The translations under genes and the position numbers were made by a program. A stretch of DNA of 28,520 nt from IMG/VR virus record IMGVR_UViG_3300032312_001278, positions 1-28,520 of that record. One strand, given 5' to 3'. Every line of letters starts with the position of its first letter. Within the stretch, counting starts at the first letter, position 1. Positions 1 to 8,544 of this stretch are shown here, piece by piece. Under the pieces are notes generated by a model. That model searched no databases. It saw only the letters and a list, made by a program, of their open reading frames with translations, and was not told the DNA's origin. Source of the stretch: a virus. Lineage: Duplodnaviria; Caudoviricetes.

Positions 1-429
1 CAAATCGCCAACTGATGGGTAACGCATGTGCAATATAAAGTTATTGCCAAGCTCTATTGATTCTGGATTTTCGTTGATCTTTAGATTTATTTCATTTAAA
101 TCCACGGACACGACATGGGATTCACCAGTCACTGGACATACTATTTTGGGGGCTATAAGTTCACCGACAGATTTTGCTCTTAGTTTAAGGAAGCAATATT
201 CAACCTCAAATAGAGGGAGTTTTCTGAAATCTACATTTTCAGAAAAGCAAGCTTCGAGAACTTCTATTATGCCATTGTAGATTTCTGCTTGGGATGATGT
301 CTCCTCAAGAATCAGAAGCTTTTTCTCTTCCTTGACTAGAAATGGTCTAAATTTTGTTTTTATCTTGCTGTAAGGTAAGTCGCATGAATATTTTGGCAAA
401 GATTCCGTCAGAGCATTTTTTAAATTCAT
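1..429 (-). CDS. gp26: Baseplate hub assembly protein, T4 gp26-like (3' end runs off the window; missing from the ORF track)
   Basis: My translation from the ATG at 429: MNLKNALTESLPKYSCDLPYSKIKTKFRPFLVKEEKKLLILEE...LPLFEVEYCFLKLRAKSVGE...CPVTG...MRYPS. RPFLVKEEK and LRAKSVGE are hallmark gp26 motifs. AGGA lies 7 nt upstream (437-440). Confidence 0.9.
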   Translation of the reverse strand, partial: MNLKNALTESLPKYSCDLPYSKIKTKFRPFLVKEEKKLLILEETSSQAEIYNGIIEVLEACFSENVDFRKLPLFEVEYCFLKLRAKSVGELIAPKIVCPVTGESHVVSVDLNEINLKINENPESIELGNNFILHMRYPSVGDL

Positions 430-438
430 ATTTTATTC

Positions 439-1074
439 CTAATTGTTTATTTGGTCAAATTCAATCAATAGATCCGAATTTACTTCTAAATTATAAAGCT
501 TTCTAAATGCAAAATTAACAACATAAGTTGGATATCCAGTGCTCTCTGCGGTTAAGCTGATGGGTAGGAGAGAAAGTGGATATGCTTCGTCCAGTAGTGT
601 CATGGAGCTAAATCTAACTGGCTTTTCTGGTCTGTGAAGATTGCTTACGGTTTTCAATGTAGAGATGTATATCTTTCCAACATAGCTGAAATACGGTCTA
701 GCGTATTCATAATATTGATCTTCGTAGTTGCCTTTATTTATGATGTAGTCCATCCACTTCTCGAAGAAGTTTCTTTCTGCCCAATCCTGATAAATGACAA
801 ACGACATAGTCACCTCATCGAATTCATGCATCAATGGAACTTTTCTATTGGTTCCCCACAGAGACTGAGGTTGCCCAGCATTGTATGTTGTAAGGGCTCT
901 TTGTGGTATGTTGACTTCATTTGGGTATGTGACAAATGAATCCTCTGGAGTAACAAACTCAACGATATATCTGCTAGCAAACTGTATCCCATCCCGTCTA
1001 ACTATGTTAGATCTTAGGTTTGATACTGTTTTTGGTATGAAGTTTTCTGGTGCTTTGGGAAATTTGTCTGCCAT
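439..1074 (-). CDS. gp54: Tail-tube-fold baseplate protein (gp54 tail tube initiator / gp19-like)
   Basis: RYIVEF, VNIP, RKVP...FDEVTMSF, ERNFFEKWMDYI, YVGKIYI, LDEAYPLSL and VNFAFRK follow the gp19/gp54 pattern; position between gp4 and gp26 fits. Confidence 0.75.
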   Translation of the reverse strand: MADKFPKAPENFIPKTVSNLRSNIVRRDGIQFASRYIVEFVTPEDSFVTYPNEVNIPQRALTTYNAGQPQSLWGTNRKVPLMHEFDEVTMSFVIYQDWAERNFFEKWMDYIINKGNYEDQYYEYARPYFSYVGKIYISTLKTVSNLHRPEKPVRFSSMTLLDEAYPLSLLPISLTAESTGYPTYVVNFAFRKLYNLEVNSDLLIEFDQINN

Positions 1075-1508
1075 TAAAATATCTCTTTTTCGGTTAAAAC
1101 CATAAATTTAATATTATTTTGTTCGCAAAATTGTTTTGCGGCAGTCCATTTAGCTTGATTTATCAGATACGTCTGCATGTTCTTGCTAAATGTCTTCTTT
1201 GACACCGATTCCGTCATTACTGGTTTTTTTGTCTGCTTGAGTGGTTTTATCTCAACTAAAATTGTCGATACAGTGTTATCTTTATTTTTTTTCTCCAGAA
1301 TGAAATCTGGTATATAGTAATGGAGTTGATTGTCTAAAGGCGACTGATATGGGATATTGAATTTTTCAAATCCCCAGCGTAAAATATTTTTATTTTCGTC
1401 TAAATATTTACAGAATTTTCTTTCCCATAGAGATCTACAGACGATGTTGGATGGATCGCCTATATATTTTGATACATTCTTTGGGAAAAATTTGTTTCTG
1501 TACGCCAC
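1074..1508 (-). CDS. gp4: Head completion protein gp4 (TnsA-like PD-(D/E)xK endonuclease), 144 aa from a GTG start
   Basis: (M)AYRNKFFPKNVSKYIGDPSNIVCRSLWERKFCKYLD...IPYQSPLD...YIPDF...VEIKP...NQAKWTAA...FMVLTEKE. Start trimmed from 1823 to the GTG at 1508, where gp4 similarity begins, just after a late promoter box. Confidence 0.93.
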   Translation of the reverse strand: MAYRNKFFPKNVSKYIGDPSNIVCRSLWERKFCKYLDENKNILRWGFEKFNIPYQSPLDNQLHYYIPDFILEKKNKDNTVSTILVEIKPLKQTKKPVMTESVSKKTFSKNMQTYLINQAKWTAAKQFCEQNNIKFMVLTEKEIF

Positions 1509-1513
1509 CAATT

Positions 1514-1521
1514 TATTTATC
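1514..1521 (-). promoter_or_regulatory. T4-like late promoter box (GATAAATA)
   Basis: Matches NATAAATA (T4 consensus TATAAATA) in the only divergent gap, 5 nt before the gp4 start. Confidence 0.65.
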
Positions 1522-1530
1522 AGAAAAAAA

Positions 1531-2403
1531 ATGCTAGTCCAACAAATATATCCAACTAATCCAAAATTAAGAAACGAAATACCACTTTGGCTTAAGTTTA
1601 GAGCCTTTGAATATCTCGGGTTTGGTGGTAGATATGTAAATGCTGCTGGCGGTGATCCAGATGGAGTTATGCCATCTCCACCAAGAATGTTGGCTACCAT
1701 ATATGTACCAGCCCCAACCCTACTGACTAGTGGTGTTAGCAATAAATTCAACGAAAGTCCAGCCAAAAATCTATTTGATAGCTTCGTGTCATCTTTAAAT
1801 GCCATGGGAAATGCTATTGGCAAAAAAACAAGACCTGGTGCTGCTCTAATAGCTCAAGCACAACAAGCCACCGCTCTTTCAAACTTTGCCGATATATTCT
1901 ATGGCCTAGGTGGTTATTTTTTAGATATAGTTCCGCCAGATTTTAATGATAATATCTATGCTGGAACCAATAAAAGAACATTTAAATTCAACATAGTCCT
2001 ACCATGTTTAACAGATGAGGACTCATTTGCGGCCTTTGCCATCGGTCGATCATTCGAAGCTCTCAGCGTAGCTTATACGGGATCATCTGTTCTTGCATTC
2101 AAACACCCCCCTATGTGGGGATTTGGAGTCGGACCTGGTACTGGTCCATTCATAGACTACACTTGGCTGACGGATCCACAACTATGTTCCCTTGCATCGG
2201 TTGCTGTAAATAGATCCGCACCAGACGGTGGATCATATGCGGTATTCACCAAATATGGACTAAAGCCATCGGTAACAACCATATCGTTGAATTTCGTGGA
2301 AATAGAACCAATCTACCGTCTAAATGGATCACTCAATATGATATCAAGATCCCAAGCACTAGCTTCAGTAATATCAAATTTCTCTGTGGAGATATTTGAA
2401 TAA
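1531..2403 (+). CDS. gp48: Baseplate tail-tube cap, gp48-like, 290 aa
   Basis: IYP...PLWLKF at the N terminus, YAGTNKRTFKFNIVLP..DEDS, HPPMW, CSLASVAVN, P..TTISLNFVEIEPIYR; directly precedes gp53. Start moved from 1357 to the ATG at 1531 to avoid overlapping gp4. Confidence 0.8.
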   Translation: MLVQQIYPTNPKLRNEIPLWLKFRAFEYLGFGGRYVNAAGGDPDGVMPSPPRMLATIYVPAPTLLTSGVSNKFNESPAKNLFDSFVSSLNAMGNAIGKKTRPGAALIAQAQQATALSNFADIFYGLGGYFLDIVPPDFNDNIYAGTNKRTFKFNIVLPCLTDEDSFAAFAIGRSFEALSVAYTGSSVLAFKHPPMWGFGVGPGTGPFIDYTWLTDPQLCSLASVAVNRSAPDGGSYAVFTKYGLKPSVTTISLNFVEIEPIYRLNGSLNMISRSQALASVISNFSVEIFE

Positions 2404-3380
2404 TGTATTTTAATTCATTTCCAAAAACTTCATACACCATAAATGGAAGAACCGAAGAGGTACTTGACATATTTCGTAAGGTTTCTATTGCAAAGGCAAC
2501 AAACAATACTTTATACAATGAAGTGGTGGTAACTGATTCTGATACGTTGGAATCTTTGGCTGAAAAATACTATGACGACCCAAAACTATCATGGATAATT
2601 GCGGTCATCAACGATATAGTCAATCCAGTCGAAGAATTCGTAAAATCAACGGCATTGCTGCAATACTTGTTTGAAACCAAGTACAAAGGCACTATATTCT
2701 ATCTAGAAGAAAACATAGATTTGCTTCCTGGGGATATATTGATATCCGTAAATTCCAGTACATCGCTGGATACATTGCCAGAAAACTTACTATCAACTGA
2801 TTTGAATACGGCAAAATATTGTTTTGCCAATACTTATAGCAACGAATTCAGATATACGAGAGTCACGAACATAAGTGAAACTTTTGTAGCTGGAAATAAA
2901 ATTGCAGCATTCAGAAAAACTGGAAATGTTCTAAATCTTGTTACATTCAAGAAAAAAACCAATATCGGAGATGCGGAAACCAATGCTTGTGTGATGGAGA
3001 TCAAGAGAGTAGACGAATATCTAAATTCTCCAGTTTACATGTACAATACATCCGACAATTCAATATTATCTCCATATCAAAAATTTTCAACTACGATTCT
3101 GATAAACGATTTCGTCAAACTCGATGCAAATGGAACTTATGCGAACATAGCCGATGACAATGCATTTAGGCAATCCATTCTTTATCATGTAATAATGGAT
3201 GGTCAGGCGGTAAATAATGTTGCGTATAAAAAACTAATAACCGATATACAAGAAAAAAATGAAAAATATAGAAGAATAAAGATAATTCCACGTGAAGTTC
3301 TTCCATCATTTTTAGATACATTCAACTCTTTGATATCATCTACCAACAATACATCTAGAATAATAAGTACAAAGGTTTAA
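2403..3380 (+). CDS. gp53: Baseplate wedge subunit gp53 (LysM-like domain)
   Basis: MYFNSFPKTSY...DIFRKV, DTLESLAEKYYDDPKLSWIIAVINDIVNP and C-terminal EKNEKYRRIKII; TAATG coupling to gp48. Confidence 0.92.
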   Translation: MYFNSFPKTSYTINGRTEEVLDIFRKVSIAKATNNTLYNEVVVTDSDTLESLAEKYYDDPKLSWIIAVINDIVNPVEEFVKSTALLQYLFETKYKGTIFYLEENIDLLPGDILISVNSSTSLDTLPENLLSTDLNTAKYCFANTYSNEFRYTRVTNISETFVAGNKIAAFRKTGNVLNLVTFKKKTNIGDAETNACVMEIKRVDEYLNSPVYMYNTSDNSILSPYQKFSTTILINDFVKLDANGTYANIADDNAFRQSILYHVIMDGQAVNNVAYKKLITDIQEKNEKYRRIKIIPREVLPSFLDTFNSLISSTNNTSRIISTKV

Positions 3381-3381
3381 T

Positions 3382-6300
3382 ATGGCTGGAAATTTTCCAT
3401 TTGCAATTGATTCATTAAAATCTATAAGAATACAGAAAAAAGACGGAACGGGAATCAGTATTTTTCCATGGAATGTAAATTCCACGAATCCGTTGATTTC
3501 ATTCTCCATTAATGAAAATATATTTACTCCATTGATGACTGGAACGATTGTTGTCAAGGATGTTGGTGATTGGTCGAATGAAATGAAATTAAATGCGTTC
3601 GATGAAGTTCATATTTCTTTGAATTTTCAGAAAAGAGATAACGAGTTATCTGGTTCCGACGAGAGTTCAAATATTAAAAAGCAAAATTTAATATTTGAAA
3701 TCGTCAATGTAAAAAATACAGTAGACATTGCAAATACAGCATATCAGAATTCACTGGAAACTTCCAAGATACTAACAATAGAGTTTGTAGCCAAAAGCAT
3801 ATTGTCAAGTGAATTTTTGTCCTCTCTGCTGGAAGATGATAATTTCATTGGACCAATAATAAAATCAGAACCAGCAGTGGTTACATTGAATGGTGAAAAC
3901 AAAACCGAGATAAAGATAAAGGGGTTCAATCAATATCTACAGGAAAAATTAAATATAAACCTAGATGGAACACCAACATGGAATGTTTGCTATCTGAAAA
4001 AGAACAATCTATCGTATCCCTGGGGCAAGCTCAAGGGGCAACCAAGCATATTGCAAACACTTCAGTATCTTGCGGAAAATGCAACGGAATTCAATAATCC
4101 CCAAGCAGCAAATTATCTTTTCTGGCAAGATATAAATGGATTTCACTTCAAATCGATCAATTCGCTGATATCAGAGAATATTTCGGCTTCCGATGATATC
4201 GTTTTTGATTTCAGCGACTTGGATCTTAAGACAACTAGCATAAGAAGTTTCAATACATTAAGTGAATTTGATGCGTTGAATCTGATGAATGCCGATACGT
4301 ATTTCTCATGGTATGAAAGAATCATACCAGATTATGCTGATCCATATCTAGACTTTGTCGATTCTTCGGATTCTTTAATCAGAAAGAAGATAGAGTACGA
4401 TATTGAAACTGAGTATGATTACATCAATCATATAGAATCTGGAAAGATATTTCAAAAGGGCATAACAGTAGATGTCGATCAGAAATATTCAAAATATACA
4501 GAGAGCAAGAGAAAAGACGATGATATCTATGGTTATTTTTCAAAGAACAGATACAACACTCCCCATCCACAGGAATGGGACTATCTTGGCATAACAGCCG
4601 ATACCAGACTATCAAACGTGGTCTGGCAAAATCAATATGATCTGGATGATGAGGTATATCCAGAAATTTTATATGCTTATGATAAATTGGTGAAAAAAGA
4701 CTTGGTTAAAAACAGACAAAAGTATGTTGAGCTGAAAAATGCCAAGAGAAAATGGGAAGTATACAGATGTTCGGTCTGTTGCTCCAATGAACCTGGTGGA
4801 ACAGCTGATGCCAAAATTTTAGCTGGACTTACTGGAAATACTGGAGACTATGTTTACTACTTTGGACCAACTGGAATATTTGGAGATCTTACAACAGAAG
4901 GCTATGGAATAGTTGCAGCTGGTGCATTCACCGATACAGTCAACTATATGCCAGGAGTTACTGGTGTAACTGGCAATGGATTGACTTTCTCCTATGATAT
5001 GAATTCTTATCCCTATAATCAAACAATAGGAGAGTTCTATCATTTACAGCAAAACTTATCTACGATTAATAATCAAATTAATAGAACTATTACAGAATAT
5101 CAAACGGAATTGGCAAACATCAATCCGTATATTACAAGAATAGAAAATCAATTTTTACCGAATGTAGATTCGTGGATCAGTGCAGCTGTAGACTTAGCAT
5201 ACACTAATTTAACTCCAGGCTTTTTGCAAACTTGTTCAGATCCAGCTAAAGATGGAACAACATCAAGTATTCCTGGAACTGGAACTAGATGCTGTAATCA
5301 ATATAATTTTTTTACATGTTTTGATTTTGGCATAGTTCTAGACCATCCAAAAATATCATCAACATTAAATTATTATCGCACACAAATAGGATCTGGCTCT
5401 CTCATATTTAATTTTAATACCAATGGGGCCGATCCATGTAATGTTAAAAAATTACCATTATATGTGAATTTACAATTTAATCCAGATAAATTTGGAGAAT
5501 ATCCTTTAGATTTTTCTGGATATTGGAATAAATTTGTAAATTACAGTTATGATGGGGAAACTTATCCATATTACATAACACCAATGGCTAAAATTACATC
5601 AGATGGATTTGGATGTCCAATTTCTATAGATGGTCTAATGTCATATGAATTGCCATTTCAAAAACCAGGATTTTTATATTCCTGCTCTAAGACAAAACTA
5701 TTGACTGGGGAATACTATAGAACATATCAGGATCCAAATTTCGTACCAAACAACAACAATAGAATTGATGTTACCGATGAAAGCAGTTGGTTAAATCAAG
5801 ACCTAAATGATGGTGTTGATAATGAAACGATTTGGTGTGCAACATGCCTTGATCCAATAGCTCTTCAGGGCGCAAAGTACGAATATGCAAAAGTTTTAAA
5901 GCAGTTGAAATTAAGAAAATTTGTTTTAGAAAATTTAATAGCAAAACTACAAAATATTCAAAATACATTTAATCAAAAATATCAAGAGTTTTTAAATAGA
6001 AAAGCATTTTTTATCTCAAAGGATCCATTCGATCCGCTTGAAATTGGAAATATAGTAAATAAAAAATCACCAATTAATTTATTCAATATAAAATCCATAA
6101 AAAGAAAACCTATTCGTGGAAGCAAATATGAAATATTAGCTAAGAGAATAGGAATTACGAGTGGTGTTGGAACATATGTTTATGATGTTTTCTTTGGAGA
6201 CGATAGATCTCGAAATCCAGGCATAACTGGAAATCATCCATATTATGACCAAAAATACAAAACATTTAGAAACGATAGCACACAACTATCGGTCAACTAC

Positions 6301-8517
6301 GCCACCAAACCAGGATTTGATACGGAAAAAAGAGATTATGCAGATGCATATTATTATGATAATGATTTAAACTATTTGACTGGATCTATAGGGTTAAATA
6401 GATTAACATTGCCAAATGAAATACCCGCATCGTTAGTTTTACCAGATACTATTTTTACTTCAAATAATTTATCATATCAGACTGAAGCCACTTTAGATTT
6501 AAATGGATCTATATCTTCATATCTTCCACCTAATGTATCATTGGATACAATAACTAATAGGTACAATATATTTGATTCTATCGACAATAAAAAAGCTCCT
6601 TCTATAGTTAAAGAAGAAGTTGCATCTTATGTTAGAGTTGAATTTATAAATCCAATTGGATTGGATAGACTAGTAGATTTTCCAAATGGCTTTGTTCGGG
6701 ATGCTGGCAGTGAATATTTTCTCCCATATATCGTACAATTAACTGCTGGACCAAATGGTCGTCAAACAATACAAAATACAGTGGCTATTATTGGAATAGA
6801 TCCATACGGATTTGATGTCGCGGTTAAAAAGAATAGGACAAAAAACTCATATTCAGATTATAAAGAATGGGGATATTATTGGTGGCATACTCCACTTAAT
6901 AAACTTAGATTGGAAAATAAAACAAAAGATATAAATGAAATGTCTTTATGGTCTGAAAAGCAATTTGAAAATGAATTTACATATTTTGAAAATAATGGTT
7001 CATATTTAAGTGATATCGGTCAAGATTTTACAGAATATGATAATTATGTTGGATCGGCTGGTAGTATTTTTAGTGATATTACATCTGGTAGGTATGGAAA
7101 TAGAGCTTTCTATCTTGGATTGAATTCAAGTTTATATTACAACAAATTAAATACGGCATTAAATAATATCCTAACCCCAACTGACTATTTTATTCCTGTA
7201 TATGGTCAAAATGTATTTTTTAATGGACCTTTATCTACATACGTAGAAACACCAAAACCATCACCAGTTAAGTCGCCATCAAATTCAAAATATGGATCAT
7301 ATAATCTCATAGGATCACATTTACATTATAATGTTAGACGAAGTTGGTACGATTTTACTTTCCCATCAAAATTATATTTTAATACACTTTTTAATACAAT
7401 AGCAAATATTAATAATTATCAACCAAGTGCAAATATAAGAATATTTGATGTAAAAACTATGTTGGTTGGAGATGATTTTGCTGCCTTCGGGGGAAATGAC
7501 TTCTCATTGGCCCTTGATAATTCAATCAAGCTGAAGAACACGGCTCCATTAAGGGCTTTCCTACAAACAAATAGCATCAACAACATAATCTTAGATAACA
7601 ATGACTTTGATGGCGATTCGCTATTGACTCAGTTCTCTGGAATTACGTTTACGGCTCAGAATGCAATCCAGCAAATATTCTCCGATGATATTGAATTTTA
7701 TCTGAACACAGACTTTACAATATACAAACCAGGATTGCTCACGAAGCAAGTCTGGAAATATGATGTGTTTGGTGAAACTGAATACGGATTGACCAGTCCA
7801 CCCACACTACCCCCAGAATATGATCTGTTTGACAATAATTTTGCCGCTCAGTTCGTGGTATTCTCACAAGCTACATCAGAATCAAATATCTGCAAAAAAT
7901 TAAAGCTGAAATGCTTGAATCCAAAGGGTCCAGTATCCAATACCGATTGCCCAGAGAATGATCCATACTGCAATTGTCCAGCAAAAAACATAATGCCAAA
8001 GGAAAGAGAACCTAGCTATAAGGAACTCGCCGTTGCTTTTGATGAAACGAAGGAATGCAAACTAATAGAAAAGCATCTTGGTAAGGATTACCTTGGATGC
8101 ATTCTATCGGATGATCAGAACGTTTCCTCCTGCAATTGTCCAGAGCAAGGAAAATATTTCCCAACGTTCCTGAACACGATAAGATCAAATGCCACGTTCT
8201 ACGTAACACCCCCAGAAACCCCACTGAGAAGACAAGCCCAGATGATGCTGTTCAACGCACAGAGGGCAGTGATGACCATTTATCCAAACGATCAACTCAA
8301 GATCGGTAGCATAATTACCATCAAAAAGCCAAATCCCTCGATTCAATATGCCAACAGATATGATCGGGTGAGTGGAAAATGGATGGTTACGGGAATCACC
8401 AGAACTTTCAAATCGACAAACATAGAATTTATGGTTGTTTCATTGAATCGTGACTCCTTCTATCGGGAAAAAGAAGATCCACAAACACCAGGGACATATA
8501 AAAAGGACATATTCTGA
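3382..8517 (+). CDS. Putative baseplate hub protein (gp27/GpD-like termini) with an insertion of about 1150 aa
   Basis: N-terminal SINENIFTPLMTGTIVVKD and LQYLA...YLFWQDINGFHFKSINSL, C-terminal IYPNDQLKIGSII...SGKWMVTGITRTF...LNRDS resemble the hub protein that follows gp53 in T4-like phages. Confidence 0.65.
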   Translation: MAGNFPFAIDSLKSIRIQKKDGTGISIFPWNVNSTNPLISFSINENIFTPLMTGTIVVKDVGDWSNEMKLNAFDEVHISLNFQKRDNELSGSDESSNIKKQNLIFEIVNVKNTVDIANTAYQNSLETSKILTIEFVAKSILSSEFLSSLLEDDNFIGPIIKSEPAVVTLNGENKTEIKIKGFNQYLQEKLNINLDGTPTWNVCYLKKNNLSYPWGKLKGQPSILQTLQYLAENATEFNNPQAANYLFWQDINGFHFKSINSLISENISASDDIVFDFSDLDLKTTSIRSFNTLSEFDALNLMNADTYFSWYERIIPDYADPYLDFVDSSDSLIRKKIEYDIETEYDYINHIESGKIFQKGITVDVDQKYSKYTESKRKDDDIYGYFSKNRYNTPHPQEWDYLGITADTRLSNVVWQNQYDLDDEVYPEILYAYDKLVKKDLVKNRQKYVELKNAKRKWEVYRCSVCCSNEPGGTADAKILAGLTGNTGDYVYYFGPTGIFGDLTTEGYGIVAAGAFTDTVNYMPGVTGVTGNGLTFSYDMNSYPYNQTIGEFYHLQQNLSTINNQINRTITEYQTELANINPYITRIENQFLPNVDSWISAAVDLAYTNLTPGFLQTCSDPAKDGTTSSIPGTGTRCCNQYNFFTCFDFGIVLDHPKISSTLNYYRTQIGSGSLIFNFNTNGADPCNVKKLPLYVNLQFNPDKFGEYPLDFSGYWNKFVNYSYDGETYPYYITPMAKITSDGFGCPISIDGLMSYELPFQKPGFLYSCSKTKLLTGEYYRTYQDPNFVPNNNNRIDVTDESSWLNQDLNDGVDNETIWCATCLDPIALQGAKYEYAKVLKQLKLRKFVLENLIAKLQNIQNTFNQKYQEFLNRKAFFISKDPFDPLEIGNIVNKKSPINLFNIKSIKRKPIRGSKYEILAKRIGITSGVGTYVYDVFFGDDRSRNPGITGNHPYYDQKYKTFRNDSTQLSVNYATKPGFDTEKRDYADAYYYDNDLNYLTGSIGLNRLTLPNEIPASLVLPDTIFTSNNLSYQTEATLDLNGSISSYLPPNVSLDTITNRYNIFDSIDNKKAPSIVKEEVASYVRVEFINPIGLDRLVDFPNGFVRDAGSEYFLPYIVQLTAGPNGRQTIQNTVAIIGIDPYGFDVAVKKNRTKNSYSDYKEWGYYWWHTPLNKLRLENKTKDINEMSLWSEKQFENEFTYFENNGSYLSDIGQDFTEYDNYVGSAGSIFSDITSGRYGNRAFYLGLNSSLYYNKLNTALNNILTPTDYFIPVYGQNVFFNGPLSTYVETPKPSPVKSPSNSKYGSYNLIGSHLHYNVRRSWYDFTFPSKLYFNTLFNTIANINNYQPSANIRIFDVKTMLVGDDFAAFGGNDFSLALDNSIKLKNTAPLRAFLQTNSINNIILDNNDFDGDSLLTQFSGITFTAQNAIQQIFSDDIEFYLNTDFTIYKPGLLTKQVWKYDVFGETEYGLTSPPTLPPEYDLFDNNFAAQFVVFSQATSESNICKKLKLKCLNPKGPVSNTDCPENDPYCNCPAKNIMPKEREPSYKELAVAFDETKECKLIEKHLGKDYLGCILSDDQNVSSCNCPEQGKYFPTFLNTIRSNATFYVTPPETPLRRQAQMMLFNAQRAVMTIYPNDQLKIGSIITIKKPNPSIQYANRYDRVSGKWMVTGITRTFKSTNIEFMVVSLNRDSFYREKEDPQTPGTYKKDIF

Positions 8518-8525
8518 AATAAATA
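8518..8525 (+). promoter_or_regulatory. T4-like late promoter box (AATAAATA)
   Basis: In the 27-nt gap before gp6, 19 nt upstream of the ATG. Confidence 0.55.
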
Positions 8526-8544
8526 AAGAATAGAAAGAATACAA

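Noticed and set aside
433-441. Possible TAG recoding (the only TAG stop, followed two codons later by TAA)
   Set aside because: All late genes are long and uninterrupted under the standard code with no in-frame TAG or TGA, so there is no evidence of reassignment.
1357-1530. N-terminal extension of the 348-aa ORF
   Set aside because: It is antisense to conserved gp4 sequence; the ATG at 1531 gives a normal gp48 length.
1509-1823. N-terminal extension of the 249-aa minus-strand ORF
   Set aside because: It is antisense to gp48; gp4 similarity begins at the GTG at 1508, right after a promoter box.
4760-8200. Intein or intron explaining the hub insertion
   Set aside because: No intein splice motifs (terminal HN followed by C/S/T), no LAGLIDADG or HNH motif seen, and the frame is open throughout.
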